Positions 13,401 to 24,248 of a stretch of DNA of 64,000 nucleotides are shown in pieces. Source of the DNA: Oopsacas minuta. Its lineage: Eukaryota; Animalia; Porifera. Made by a program: the position numbers and the translations under genes. The stretch spans positions 1,437,627-1,501,626 of the forward strand of contig JAKMXF010000111.1 in NCBI GenBank assembly GCA_024704765.1, read 5' to 3'. The notes under the pieces were generated by a model. It had not been told where the DNA came from, did not search any database, and worked only from the letters and a program-made list of their open reading frames with translations. Position 1 is the stretch's first letter, and the number at the start of each line of letters is the position of its first letter.

Positions 13401-14972
13401 ACAAACAAACAAACAAATAAACAACAATTCCGTTTCAATAACATTGTGTATTATGGTGTATAACTGAATCTATATTTTACCATTAATAGAGTGCTCAGCT
13501 TTTGAAGAGAATATATTTCTAGAGAACTTAAGCGGTGAGAACTGGCAGTGAGAAGGGTTGAAGCTCATAGACCAGGAGTCCTCTATCAACATATCTTGCT
13601 CTGTCTGGTCATTACTATCATCTAATGTCTCCTCCATTGTATTGTAGGAGTGTCCTGAAGTCTCTCTTAGGTCTCCTGATGCCAACATATCATCTCTTGT
13701 AGAGTCATCTTCTCCGATATCAGATCTGAAATTATAAAAAGAACGTGATTAGAATGTAATCAAGCATAACTACCATACAGTATACTACTATATAGCATTA
13801 ATACGTAGACTATGGTAATATCTCTATATCGGATACGTAATAGTATAAATAAGATATATACTGCCATTGAAATGATTTCAGGATGCTATCTATTAATAAC
13901 ACAAAACTGACATAAGATCTAACCTAACGAGTGAGTAGTCACTGAGTTTATCTCCAGAAGCGTTGTGAGTTTCCACAGGAGTTTTCTTCTCGTCTCGTGA
14001 GTGTTTGGCACGTTTAGCTTTACTAACAGCTGGCTTATTTTCAGGGGTACTAGAGGGAGTGTGAGGGAGGGGGGGAGGGACTGATCCCTTCTCGGTGGGA
14101 GTGGCAGACTTGGTTGCTTGTTTCTTACTCGGTTCTTTCGGGATTGGAAGTGGATCAGTAGCTGGATGAGTAGGGAGAGGGGGCTTACTGTCTACAGGAG
14201 GTGGAGGGAGTAGTTTAGGGAGGGGAGGAGGTTCTGCCCCTTGTTCAGGGGGCTTAGCAGGAGATCCATAGAGACAAAGAGTTATACTGGTGTAGATGCC
14301 ATGTACAAGCAACTTTGTGGCTGCTGTAAGAGTAGTAGCCTATGGAAAATAATAAATGAATAAGGCAGTCGATTCCGCTTAAATTCATAGTCAAAACTTC
14401 AATAGTACAGGCGTCATAATTCAAAAATACCGTAAGGAAAATTCCACAAGTCATTTATTGTATTATCAAAGGATAGGAATATAACAGGCTCACCCCTCCC
14501 TCCCTTCTGTTACGTAACGTTAGAATGCACCTTATAAAGTGGTAGCTCAGTCAGGCTAAATTTAATCCCATAAAGAATAAGTCAGGAAGAATCACTAACT
14601 TATAACCCTGTGCATATAACAATACAGTACCTTGAGCATGAAGTGCTTAGTATCATACTTAAGAACTCCAAATGTTTCAAACACAGCAGCTTGTAGATTG
14701 TACACATTGTCTACGTATATAGTGAGCTCTGATTCACTGGGCTGAGTCTGTCCCATCTGCTTCCCCATACCTTCAGGAGATCGGTGATTTATAGGAATTA
14801 TCCTGAGCTCTGTGATGTACACGGGGTAGGGGAAGGTAACCATATCCATTTTGAGGTCTTCCTCTGAGATATGATCCTCTGTGTGATTGAATGTGTGACA
14901 GAACAGGAGGTACTCGATATTGAACTGTTCGGGAACAGCTGGTGCTCCAGCCATCTCCTGGCTCTGAGACAT
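1458..14972 (-). CDS. VIRMA: Protein virilizer homolog (m6A methyltransferase complex subunit), 12 exons, about 1882 aa
   Basis: N-terminus LLFCHTF..MDMVTFPYPVYITELRIIP and LVHGIYTSITLCLYGS plus a Pro-rich tract match the VIR_N region. Internal AKCHFYELL and C-terminal FQRRKQNTSRPPSLHVDDFVARE match VIRMA motifs. Phase-consistent GT-AG exons: 14631-14972, 13924-14339, 13481-13725, 12917-13322, 9455-9698, 8442-8918, 7791-8144, 6101-7138, 5581-6011, 5011-5379, 2320-2823, 1458-2280 (5649 nt). Confidence 0.93.
2857..3268 (-). mobile_element. Non-autonomous Helitron-like element, family A, copy 1 (VIRMA intron 10)
   Basis: On the minus strand it starts TCTATATTATTAAATC with a (GTTT/GTCT)-type tract and ends with the hairpin ACGAGCCAAAGGCTCG followed by T. 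Homologous to 18383-18910 and 19645-20060. Confidence 0.7.
3716..4369 (+). CDS. Secreted protein with two Ig-like domains, nested antisense in VIRMA intron 10
   Basis: 217-aa ORF with a signal peptide (MNTFLCISIYLSILIYFAYG) and two C..W..(Y.C) Ig patterns: ITC..LRW..SYRC and IPC..IRWDKDG..EGTYTC. Confidence 0.75.
   Translation: MNTFLCISIYLSILIYFAYGAPVINPSNPTGRQGCRLQITCRDTSTTQQLRWTDGSISELTTGGNILIEHTTLSGGGYQSILTFLRLMNLGERSYRCDAVSGDTFGVTVNTIAPLQLAELSDIILDRYVEGQGYFIPCTVQSCIWPVEIRWDKDGSNIFTQTLKAEQSGFLSRRTGLLDTILDMESEGTYTCIASVEGSTDIQRDFTMSGIVQAADL
9095..9171. mobile_element. 77-bp TA-flanked MITE (pogo/Tc1-like) in VIRMA intron 5
   Basis: TIRs CAGTATTTCCCTGAATAAGCGCC and (reverse complement) CCGTATTGCTCTGAATAAGCGCC; TA on both sides. 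Confidence 0.7.
10954..12027 (+). CDS. Heparan sulfate 3-O-sulfotransferase-like type II membrane protein, nested antisense in VIRMA intron 4
   Basis: Intronless ORF with an N-terminal TM anchor, 5'-PSB motif IIGARKGGTTSL, 3'-PB motif VLLREPVGRMLSTY and GLYSLHLNRWFKYFPRENF. First ATG is at 10954 (the ORF track starts at TTG 10942). Confidence 0.88.
   Translation: MYYHFRNRTIILFVLLVLLVLLCIYLELIYYSGNYTSKIIPLYGNCPADIPPYPNYRYFYKNADNREKECNHIQLQRSSTTERECPDLFIIGARKGGTTSLYQYISQHRGFMGQGLDKNASAGEIHYFSFTFLERSWKDYIDKFSAQRGKKTGESSVSYLTSCMAPYRLRALCGTKPIIVVLLREPVGRMLSTYVMRYHIQANKKESLAEYVNEGVKRDISRWKYLLEEEKILASQLLNQSSFCLFKPARSQIYEGLYSLHLNRWFKYFPRENFLIWRSDEFKDNTSYFLSELIAKLGLQEMNEDELNKITSVYYNSIEYNSTGLARREDMEYLKELYTPFNQQLTDMMAGGYSWQN
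12165..12296 (-). pseudogene. Duplicated fragment of the VIRMA exon 1 / intron 1 junction
   Basis: Aligns to 14543-14693, including the donor CTCAAG|GTACTG, with a 13-nt deletion (catacttaagaac) in the exon part. Confidence 0.85.
12431..12579. mobile_element. hAT-like MITE
   Basis: Imperfect TIRs CATAGGCGCCGAA / CATGGGGCGCTGAA; 8-bp flanks ccgccaat / ctgccaat (7 of 8 match). Confidence 0.6.
12824..12891. repeat. Near-perfect inverted repeat (29-bp stem, 10-nt loop)
   Basis: ggtcaatacccgaaatcagtca (12831-12852) is the exact reverse complement of 12863-12884; it extends a further 6 bp after one mismatch. Confidence 0.9.
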
Positions 14973-16443
14973 CAGTAGCTATAAATCCTGTCTTTCTAGA
15001 GCTTATTGGTTGGTGTAACAATGTCCAATTCTTGTGGGCTTCAGATTAAACTAGTCATACAACAGTACTATGACAGTAGAACCTCGTTAGTACGAACACC
15101 GTTAACGGTATTCTAGATAGCGGACGGTTTTTCTATATAAAATGCCATTCGAGTTACCGGTTGTTGACTGTATTTAGTGTTCCAATAAAAGTTCAGGGCG
15201 TAGAAAACCTTCTCTCAATTAGACTTGAGAGTGACAATTAATTAAAACAGATGTACACTCAAGCATATGCGTGCGGGCAGTATTTGGGCGGGGGCTGCAA
15301 ATGTATTTGCACGAAATTTTGCCCATTTGATTTAACCGAATATATTTTCTCCTCCTAGCAGTTGACTAGATATAGCGGCGGTTAATCAAACGGTTAACAG
15401 AATCCATCCCCGCACTATGTAATAGTAAATTACCTTTGGGCATGGGTGGATCTAGGCCCTAGCATTTAGGGGTAGGGGGCACAACTTGGCAGTGGAGGTG
15501 TAGGTCCTAAACACATATCACAATTGTTTGTACAATTGCGAAATTTGGGGAGGGCAAGGTACAAGTTTGGGGGCTTTGCCCCCCTTGAGCTGCACACACT
15601 AACAAAGAGACAGACAAAATCGAGGATTCAATGAGCGCTGCACAAGTAATCCTTTTCTAATAATTTAATTATTACTGAGATAAGAGAAATATGCACTAAA
15701 GAGACTAGAATAATTATAATTCAGTTTTATTACAGAACCACTATAATCTGTATTATATTAGCAGTGCATTGATAGTGCGTGCGTGGTTAGATAAAGCAAG
15801 ACTGTGTTATTATTGGAGAACAGGTTGATGTTGTATTCTGCAAAGGACCTTATCGGACATGTACTAACAACACTGAACGGTACATACCTTACACCCTTCT
15901 AGACTGATGACTAGCTACTGGACACTTCATGACCCACTGATTGCTATTCGAAGTATATATTACTAAAAGACTTGACTTGGTAATTTGGTATACTGACCGA
16001 TCTGCTAACAGACGTACATATTTGGACCAACTCTCATACTTTTATACGGCCAGTTAATTATACATTTATTGTTTTACGTATAGTGTTACAACACAACATG
16101 TACATAGCTGTAGCAAGCAGATTTCAATTGGTCAGGTTGACTTTTATGCAATATATAGAAGCCACCAAATTTTGCCCGTTTGACTAATACTTTTCTATTA
16201 GCAGTGCAAATACTGGTACGATTGAAAACTAACCAACAATACCGTCTCCTAAGTCCATGCGTAGCTGTACCGCATAAGTAATGTAAATTCTAAATACTAT
16301 GAATTCTGATAGTTATAACGGGTCAGAGAGCTTACAACAACGGGGTGAGTACTTTAGTTAATTTCTTGCGCGGTTAAACTAAGGATACATATGTTACAAT
16401 TACTGTAAATCAAAACGTAATGTTTGGAGAAGCGGAAACAACA

Positions 16444-16632
16444 CAGTGGAGTCTCCCAAAACGGACACTCCGAGAAGAGAATCAGACAACCCCCTACAAC
16501 AGACAAACCTCGTGGCATGGATTGAATTTGCCAAGCATGTAATTACTACTTAAGCAGTTTCCGGGAGCGGACAATTCTCTACAACGGACAGAACCATGTC
16601 TTCAATGTGTCTGTTATTCGGAGACTCCACTG
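16444..16632. mobile_element. pogo/Tc1-like MITE
   Basis: TIRs CAGTGGAGTCTCC (13 bp perfect, similar over about 25 bp); TA at the right end, CA at the left. Confidence 0.75.
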
Positions 16633-17738
16633 TATACTGTTCATTGACATTTGCCAACCTGGCGTCGCGTTTCGCTAAAATCCGTAGAAGAGCTGTGATG
16701 TCCATGGTAAATATCGGTGAGTGTTGGTGCTAATCGATCATGGATCAGTAGAGCAATGTAACTTTACAATGATTCAAATATTATTTAACAATGGATGAGT
16801 TAGTGTTCATTGCGTGTGTATACATTTTTGATTGATACAATTATCACTACTGTACCTATCTCAGTTATCTGTAATAGACATTGGAAAGCTTATCAAACAA
16901 GCATTGCTAGAGAGAAATAATTTCACGTTGAGTCCTTTAGGAATTTGACTAATATGAGTAGTCAGGTAGGACATATGCATTTAGGTTGTATAGACCCTGC
17001 CCCCTATCTATCCTAAGCTAGCAATAAATCCCAAGTAGAAGTAGATGATAAAAATTTTCTTGTAAATCCTGAGTGATTATTGCATACATAACTGTCCACT
17101 TTTGTCTATTATATCCCTAGAAATATAGTCAGATTGTACATCAATGTTTTCACTATGGTCGCTAATTCGCCCTATTATTAGGTTCTACACCTAAATTCAG
17201 GGCCTCTGACCGGCGGTGCTATATTAAATTCTAAGCTAATTAATTTAGTCCATCAACACTTGAAAGCTTAGTTGTACTGAAAGAAGCTTTGATTAATGGA
17301 TTATGACTCTAAATTGTGTATTGACACCTATGTAATATCTATCATTCATTGTTTCGCTATAATAATTAGGGTTTGAATTGTTTATATTATTTAGCACTGT
17401 TTAATAATTATTGTTAGTAGACATTGACCGGTCAGACCGGTCGGGTCGGGTCGGGTCATGAAAAAGCTGACCGGCTCCATCTCTGCCTCTGACTGGATCG
17501 GAGAGGCCCGGTCCATTTTGTTATTTTCCAGAAAATGAGTACATGTTAACCAATATTATGATGATTATTCGATGAAATCTAGATTTTGTAGGCCCCTTGG
17601 AGCACGAGGCCTAGGCCAAAAGGCCTGCCTAAATCTCACGTCCTGCCTTGAGAACCTATTAATAATACGTATAGTGCTCCTCAGTTCGCTAAAACTAGTT
17701 TAGAGTATACACCGTTGCAACTTGCAAACCAGTAAATA

Positions 17739-17806
17739 CAGATATACATCATCATCATCAGTAAATAATACTATTAAAATTATTTACTGATGATGATTTA
17801 TATCTG
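17739..17806. repeat. Inverted repeat / hairpin (19-bp perfect core, 9-nt loop)
   Basis: atcatcatcagtaaataat (17751-17769) pairs with 17779-17797; outer cagatata/tatatctg arms extend it across a small bulge. Confidence 0.85.
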
Positions 17807-18382
17807 TTACATCCGGACTGAAAACGACCTTAACGAAAAATTATGCCTAGATCAACGTAACGAGGAAGTGCATGTATTTTTCAGACGGCGGTGTGTGTTT
17901 CTACCTGTCTCAAGTTCTCATTGAAATGGAATAATACTTACTATATATATATATATACATCTACTCAGGCTCGTGCTTGTGTAGTCAAACTTTACTCAGC
18001 TTCTAATAGCCATTTACATAAGTAAATAACTCTTTAATAAATTAATCCAAGTGTTAATGTAGAGTATAGACATTTTGTGATGTATTTGTCTATTTATGTT
18101 AAAATGTCCTGACACATAATATACAGCCGTGAACTATCCAGCATAACATCCCTAATTTAACAATGCACTGGTTGGACAGAGAATACGTATATACTCCAGA
18201 GTCCAGACCTGTAGCCTGAATATGAGAGTAGGGGGCTACGAGAAATTCAGGGGGGTTTAAAGTAAATTTATGGGTAGGTCAATCCGATTCAATTATCTAA
18301 GCTTGGGCAGATATATAATTTTCTAGTAAAGTTAGAGGGGCATACATCTATAAAACATAAATGTTTTCTAATTTTCTAAATA

Positions 18383-18910
18383 CGAGCCTTTGGCTCGTCG
18401 CATCACGATGAACTCGGCGCATTTCGCCTCGAGGTATTCAACGGACTAATAACAATTGAGATTTAATAATATTGATGTTGTTTACAATACTCAGACTCAG
18501 CATACTCGCATAGTCGTTTAAAGTATGTTTCTACAACAATTTTGCAATTTATTTACTTTATGTACCTAAAAGTAAACAAATATTCACAATGTGTTGTTTA
18601 CAATACCATATTCAGACTCAACATACTCGGTTACCCCAGTATAGTCGTTGAAAGTATGATTCTACCTCAATTTTGAATTTGTTTACTTTATATACATAAA
18701 AACAACAATAAATTTACATATGATTAATCCAAAAGTGTGAAAATCGGATTCAGCATGTTCGATATATTTAGTGAAGTTTTATTGAATTCTATTTACTTCC
18801 TTGATAAACACGATAAATTCATAGTTATGCGATAATTTAAAATTGCATACCGTAAATCCTTTCCTTGACAACAAACAAAACAGACAACAATTGTGATTTA
18901 ATAATATAGA
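18383..18910 (-). mobile_element. Helitron-like family A, copy 2 (with an internal ~120-bp tandem duplication)
   Basis: Same termini as 2857-3268. The block tgttgtttacaatac...tttacttta occurs twice (about 18476-18560 and 18592-18690). Confidence 0.7.
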
Positions 18911-19644
18911 TTGGTGATAAATGAAATATTTATTCTTCAAAATACGCTTGATGTTATTATTAGTGGTGGCACTGCATGCTACACTAGCCTATAGATATGT
19001 TACATGTACGAACTGAGAGAGCGAAAAAATCTCAACTGAGGGTGGCATCAGGATTTCCGTCGATTTTACATTACACATGAGAATTCCCATACATATAGAA
19101 TACCTATTTTAGGAACTGGACCAGTGTAATGGTGGAACCCTAACACGCAAAATATAAGAAATCAGCAATAATGTATATTTAAATCTTGTCAACAGGAGTA
19201 AGGTTAAACGAATTGACACCAATCGGCCAATTTCAATAGCTTATAGCAAGATTAACTTCCAATATAATACATATCTGTAACAAATACTAATACTTGACAT
19301 ATCAAAAATGTTAAGTAAATTCTCAGGAGTGGTAAAAATTATATGGTCCCCCCTTGGCCACAGCCTGATATACTCTATAGACAGACAGACAGACTCCCAA
19401 AGTCGTAATTCCAAATAGAAATTGGAGACAGGGCATGCATAGAAAAACCTAGATATATTTGAAGTTTATTTGACAGATTGTTGTACCCAAGTATTTTGTG
19501 CGCAGAATAATTGTGCGAACTTCAAAGCGGGGAAAATATAGCGTTATTAGTGATTAGTTGCTAATGCTGATGTTTTAAATCCAATGTTTATTGTGTTACG
19601 ATGTAAATGTATTGACTGTATTCTGCAAAGTTTGCTCGTATGTA

Positions 19645-20060
19645 TCTATATTATTAAATCACAATTGTTGTCTGTCTGTTTGTTTGTCCGTTGTCAAGGA
19701 AAGGATTTACGGTATGCAATTTGGAAATTGTCACATAACTATGAATTTATCGTGTTTATCAAGGAAGTAAATAGAATTCAATAAAACTTCACTAAATATA
19801 TCGAACATACTGAATCCGATTTTAACACTTTTGGATTAATCACATGTAAATTTATTGTTGTTTTTATGAATATAAAGTAAACAAATTTAAAAATTGAGGT
19901 AGAATCATACTTTCAACGACTATACTGGTATACTCAAGTGTGCTGAGTCTGAATATTGTAAACAACAGCAATATTATTAAATCTCAATTGTTGTTTGTCT
20001 GTTGAATGCCTTGAGGCGCAATGCGCCGAGTTCATCGCGAAGCGACGAGCCAAAGGCTCG
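19645..20060 (+). mobile_element. Helitron-like family A, copy 3
   Basis: A|TCTATATTATTAAATCACAATTGTTGTCTGTCTGTTTGTTTG at the 5' end; ...ACGAGCCAAAGGCTCG|T at the 3' end; inserted between A and T. Confidence 0.72.
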
Positions 20061-20649
20061 TATTTCTTTACAAAATGTTGATCACATCATTTAACATCTT
20101 GTAAGTGTGAAATTCATTATGATTAAGTCAAAATGATTAGTCAGACATAATCAAAGACTTCGAGGACTAATTTCAATTTTCTGTTATGGAAAATTCCTTT
20201 TATTTGATGTTCAAGAAGTGATTAATCATATTTCAGTAATTTCACACCTACTTTTCATAACTTAGAAATAAGCCAAAATTCAATTCTAACTGTTGGTCAT
20301 GTTGATCTTGTAGACAATAATACCGAACTGCAGACCAACCTACTTTAATCATTCTATCAATTCTATCGAAGGTTTGTATTAGCATGTCCCTAAAAATGAA
20401 GCAAAAATTACTGTTAGAGTAAAAGTGAACATGTTTAGCAGAACCTCCTTAGTAGGAACATGGTCAAGGACTAAGCCTTGTAAGTAAGCACAGTTGTATA
20501 ATCTCCTAACTATTAAATGTATTAATATACTCCTGTGAATATATACTCACTAATATGTACTATTTTGAAGGTCTGGTGCACTTGTTAACGAGGTTCTACG
20601 TACATATATATTCCTATTGTTTTAAAATTGCACCCTTTGGTTAGCATTG

Positions 20650-21948
20650 ATGCAATCCATGGCTTCTGCAATTGAAGGTGAACAATATGCCACACCTACC
20701 AATCCTCCTTTTTCACGACTATTCATTGTTTTCGGGAAGGGTAACCACCCAACAGAAGCGCAGCTCGATGAATCTTTTCGTCAATATGGTTCTATACAGA
20801 GTATAAAGGTTGTGAAGGACCAAATAACTAACGAAAGCAAAGGCATTTGCTATGTACAATATATGAAAACATCTTCAGCTGCCAGAGCAGTTGAAGAAAT
20901 GAATGGAGCAGTGTTGGGCTCTAAACCTATCAAAGTAATGCTGGCATCTGATAAAAATGCCGTGGATGATCCTGAATCTCTGAATGAGAAAACTAGATCT
21001 CGTCTCTTCTTGGTGATCTCCAAAGGAACGACAGAAGAAGAGCTCAAAAATAATTTCGAACAATTCGGAAATCTTCAATATGTCAAAATAATAACAAATG
21101 ATGCTGGACAATCCAAAGGCTGCGCTTTTGTCAAATTTGCTAATCCTTACAATGCTGCACTTGCTCTTGAAAGTTGTCCTTCAGATTACAAGATTGAGTA
21201 TGCAGCTCCTAAACGCAAGTCATTTGGTGAAGATTCTAACTTTCCCAACTCGATTAGCCCACAAACTCCCACATACCAGAGCTATAACGTTCCTAGTACA
21301 GTACCCTTACACCGTCGTAAAATTCTTGTTAGATTTTATACAGCTAATGTACAGAGTCACCTTATTAAGCTATTTTCTATTCCTCCCCAATTTGAATACA
21401 GCGAGATACTTTCTGTGCCTGTCCCGGGTGTTGAAGGAATGGCTACAGCTGTGTACTCTACTGCTGAAGCAGCTGACTACGCCCGAGCTAAGCTTAACGG
21501 GTTTGAATATCCTCCAGGCAGTCCCCTTATAGCATCAGTTTCCAACCCGAATCAACTGAGTTACCCGACAGACTCATCTACATACTATCAACAGTACGGT
21601 GCTGCTGTCCCAACACCTTCACCTTATGCTGAGGCTCTGGCTACTTCTGATTTTAACAGTAACACTATTTGCAGAGTATTCTTCCAGTGTGACCCTTATC
21701 CTCCCAATGAAAAACAGCTGAGAGAGACTTTCCAGTATTATGGTACAATTACTGATGCTTATATAGTGCGAGGCAAGAAATTTGGATTTGTAACTTTCAC
21801 CAATCCAACTTCAGCACAGCAAGCAGTTCAACTGATGAATAACAGGGTTGTCAATGACATTCAATTTAGCGTTAGAATCGCACGTCCCCGCACTGAGAGT
21901 GGCACTGATAACGATGGCGGAGAAAAACGCAAACGTTTCGATATTTGA
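20650..21948 (+). CDS. RBM45: RNA-binding protein 45 (multiple RRMs), intronless
   Basis: PPFSRLFIV..VKDQITNESKGICYVQY..AVEEMNG..KPIKVMLA (RRM1), SRLFLVISK..TEEELK..KGCAFVKF (RRM2), KLNGFEYPPG and a C-terminal RRM all match RBM45. ATG at 20650 or 20659. Confidence 0.9.
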   Translation: MQSMASAIEGEQYATPTNPPFSRLFIVFGKGNHPTEAQLDESFRQYGSIQSIKVVKDQITNESKGICYVQYMKTSSAARAVEEMNGAVLGSKPIKVMLASDKNAVDDPESLNEKTRSRLFLVISKGTTEEELKNNFEQFGNLQYVKIITNDAGQSKGCAFVKFANPYNAALALESCPSDYKIEYAAPKRKSFGEDSNFPNSISPQTPTYQSYNVPSTVPLHRRKILVRFYTANVQSHLIKLFSIPPQFEYSEILSVPVPGVEGMATAVYSTAEAADYARAKLNGFEYPPGSPLIASVSNPNQLSYPTDSSTYYQQYGAAVPTPSPYAEALATSDFNSNTICRVFFQCDPYPPNEKQLRETFQYYGTITDAYIVRGKKFGFVTFTNPTSAQQAVQLMNNRVVNDIQFSVRIARPRTESGTDNDGGEKRKRFDI

Positions 21949-22804
21949 TCAATGCTTGATAAATTCAATAATTTAGTAGAAATACGTATATTTAGAGCTA
22001 ACATACCTAATTAGATTTTCTAGATTATCATTGAATCTTCATTTATATTTCGTAAATACTTTGAGATAAGTAATATTGAGTTCTTTACTTAGGATATTAT
22101 AGCTATATACATGATTCGAAAGGCCTGAGGATTCTCTTTCAATATAATTTGGACGTATTTTTGCGTTTTCAGGACCGACGAAAGAAGACCATGTCTTAAA
22201 TTTCTACATTTGTTTATTGTTTGATTTAGAGTGAATGCAGAAATATACCCCGAGTTAAAATTAACCAAATGAACAGGATATTGCGAAAGTTTCTATTTAC
22301 AATTTTACTAGGAAATGAATTAATAGTTATTATTTTGGATCATGGCCTACTAAAATACGGCTATACATGCTGCTGAACATAGTAAAAATAAAGAGTCCAG
22401 TTACGTAAATAATTCTCATAATAATAATAATAATAATAATAATTAGTTAATATAAGTGAAAAAGTAGTGAATCAGTGACTAAATTTAAGCTAAATGGAAA
22501 GATTTTTCATAAGATCGCTACCCTACTGTGTGTGTTATGAGTCTATTCCTAGGATCTTTAGGATACAGTAGAGTTTGCCTATTAACAATTCGTTTTTTTC
22601 ACAACATTCCCCTACAAATACGCTAACTTGCTTAAAGAGGAACAATGTAAACACAAAATGAACTCTCAAGTGTCGGACAACTTGCTATTAGGCGAACACC
22701 ACTTTCCAGACCTACAACTTAATTACAATAGTTAAATACAGCAGTAATTCCAAGTAAACAAACCTACCTACATTAATTCTCAAACTAAACTAATCACACT
22801 AGTA

Positions 22805-23488
22805 TTATGTAAACATTAAATTTTCAGAAAATTCTATCTTACATTGGTCTGGGTTTGGGGGTAGGAATTTGTTAGGGTTTTGTATTCCTTTATGGAAAGT
22901 TTCGAAAAGTAACATAAGTGTTGAGTTATCCTGTTGTGGTCCCATAGCGATAGGAGTCCCGTTTCTGGTTATATAGGCGTAAAAGGTTGGATCATCTTTA
23001 TACATATGAGACAACAGTCTGCTATCCTGGAAAGTCCACAAGTCACACGATGTAGTGTTTGAATATGGACACTTTTCGTAAGTTTTTACGAATACAGAAT
23101 TCTGTGCAAAATTGAATCCTACCACAAAGGCAAAACTGAGAAAACTTGGGAGTATGACAAGAGCAGCAACGTTAACATCTTCAGCTGGGATCTTCTTACA
23201 AGAACCTTTCGTTACAAAATACAAGTAATCTGTCTTCAAATTGTAGTATATCTGGTAGAGTGGAATTTTTAAGAGAGAATCTGAGTCACTAATGGTTAAT
23301 GGGTAGTCATCAGGGTCTGTAGAGTTATAATGTACAAATACTTCCAAATCTAAGCCTTTCAGGATTGGACTGAAGAATACTGCAGGGCCTAGAGTAGCAT
23401 TGAAATCTTCTGGGATTTGAGGGCGAGGAGGTTGTGCCTGTACTCCAATTAAGAAACAACACAGGCAGATAATGTACAGAGAAAGCAT
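22805..23488 (-). CDS. Ependymin-related (EPDR-like) secreted/lysosomal protein
   Basis: Signal peptide, PPRPQIPEDF start, LYFVTKGSCKK, CDLW, and a C-terminal FHKGIQNPNKFLPPNPDQC resembling the ependymin F..GI.DP..F.PP..C motif. Confidence 0.65.
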   Translation of the reverse strand: MLSLYIICLCCFLIGVQAQPPRPQIPEDFNATLGPAVFFSPILKGLDLEVFVHYNSTDPDDYPLTISDSDSLLKIPLYQIYYNLKTDYLYFVTKGSCKKIPAEDVNVAALVILPSFLSFAFVVGFNFAQNSVFVKTYEKCPYSNTTSCDLWTFQDSRLLSHMYKDDPTFYAYITRNGTPIAMGPQQDNSTLMLLFETFHKGIQNPNKFLPPNPDQCKIEFSENLMFT

Positions 23489-24039
23489 ATTTGATAATAA
23501 TTATCCAATTAATCTCTGAACAATTCAGAAACGAGATATATAGATTATAAACCCAATATTGATTACAGCCTATATTTAATGCAGACTAATTAACACAAAT
23601 AATTATTCCACGTGGATATATTACAATTAATTTAATCTGAGCTAATCAGAGGCCAACGTAGGATCTGAAAGTAGTATTTAGTATACTGTGCAAAAAGTTT
23701 CGTATTTAGTCCCGTCACCAGTGGGTAAATATTTGTCGTAAAAGGAAGGTATTATGATGGTTTATTGATCTCTAGCTTGTTCTGAACCAGAATCCATCGG
23801 GTGCCAAACTGCCAACCTTTGAGCAATTTTTTATTTACATAAACCTCAGGAGTGTCGGCCGTTTTTTTGCGGACTTTGCTTATAATTTCGATTTAGACTA
23901 TATCAGAAACTGAGACTAGTGACATTCGAAACGGCATAGTTGACTTACTTTGTTATTTGATAAGAGCCCAATCGAAACTATACCCTTTTGACCAAATAAG
24001 TATTTAATGACTATATTGAGTCATGTTGGCATTTGTTAT

Positions 24040-24225
24040 GACTCTAAATGCTAATAGGAGTCGAAAGAGGGGTCACTCGATGTGATTAGAGCACATTTAA
24101 TAATGGAATGTTCCCAAATTCATGAGCTTTGTTATGAATAAATTTTCACTAATATATCATGTGACCACTTAAACAAACGGAAATTTTACACAACTACGAG
24201 AATCAACATAAATTTGATTAGAATT
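24040..24225. repeat. Left arm of the ~185-bp inverted repeat flanking the RTK cassette
   Basis: Its reverse complement matches 26305-26491 (35 nt with one mismatch, gtgtaaaatttccgtttgtttNagtggtcacatga; 20 nt identical, cacatcgagtgacccctctt). Confidence 0.85.
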
Positions 24226-24248
24226 ACAGTAAATATAAAATCTTCCAT

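Noticed and set aside
15780-16100. Semi-open frame resembling a decayed gene
   Set aside because: It has several stops and no recognisable motif.
19584-19784. 66-aa ORF
   Set aside because: It is read through the 5' end of a Helitron-like repeat.
23500-24248. Continuation of the RTK kinase (HRD/DFG exon) downstream of the stop
   Set aside because: No HRDLAARN or DFG was found in any frame. An FIH..NI look-alike falls inside the inverted-repeat arm.
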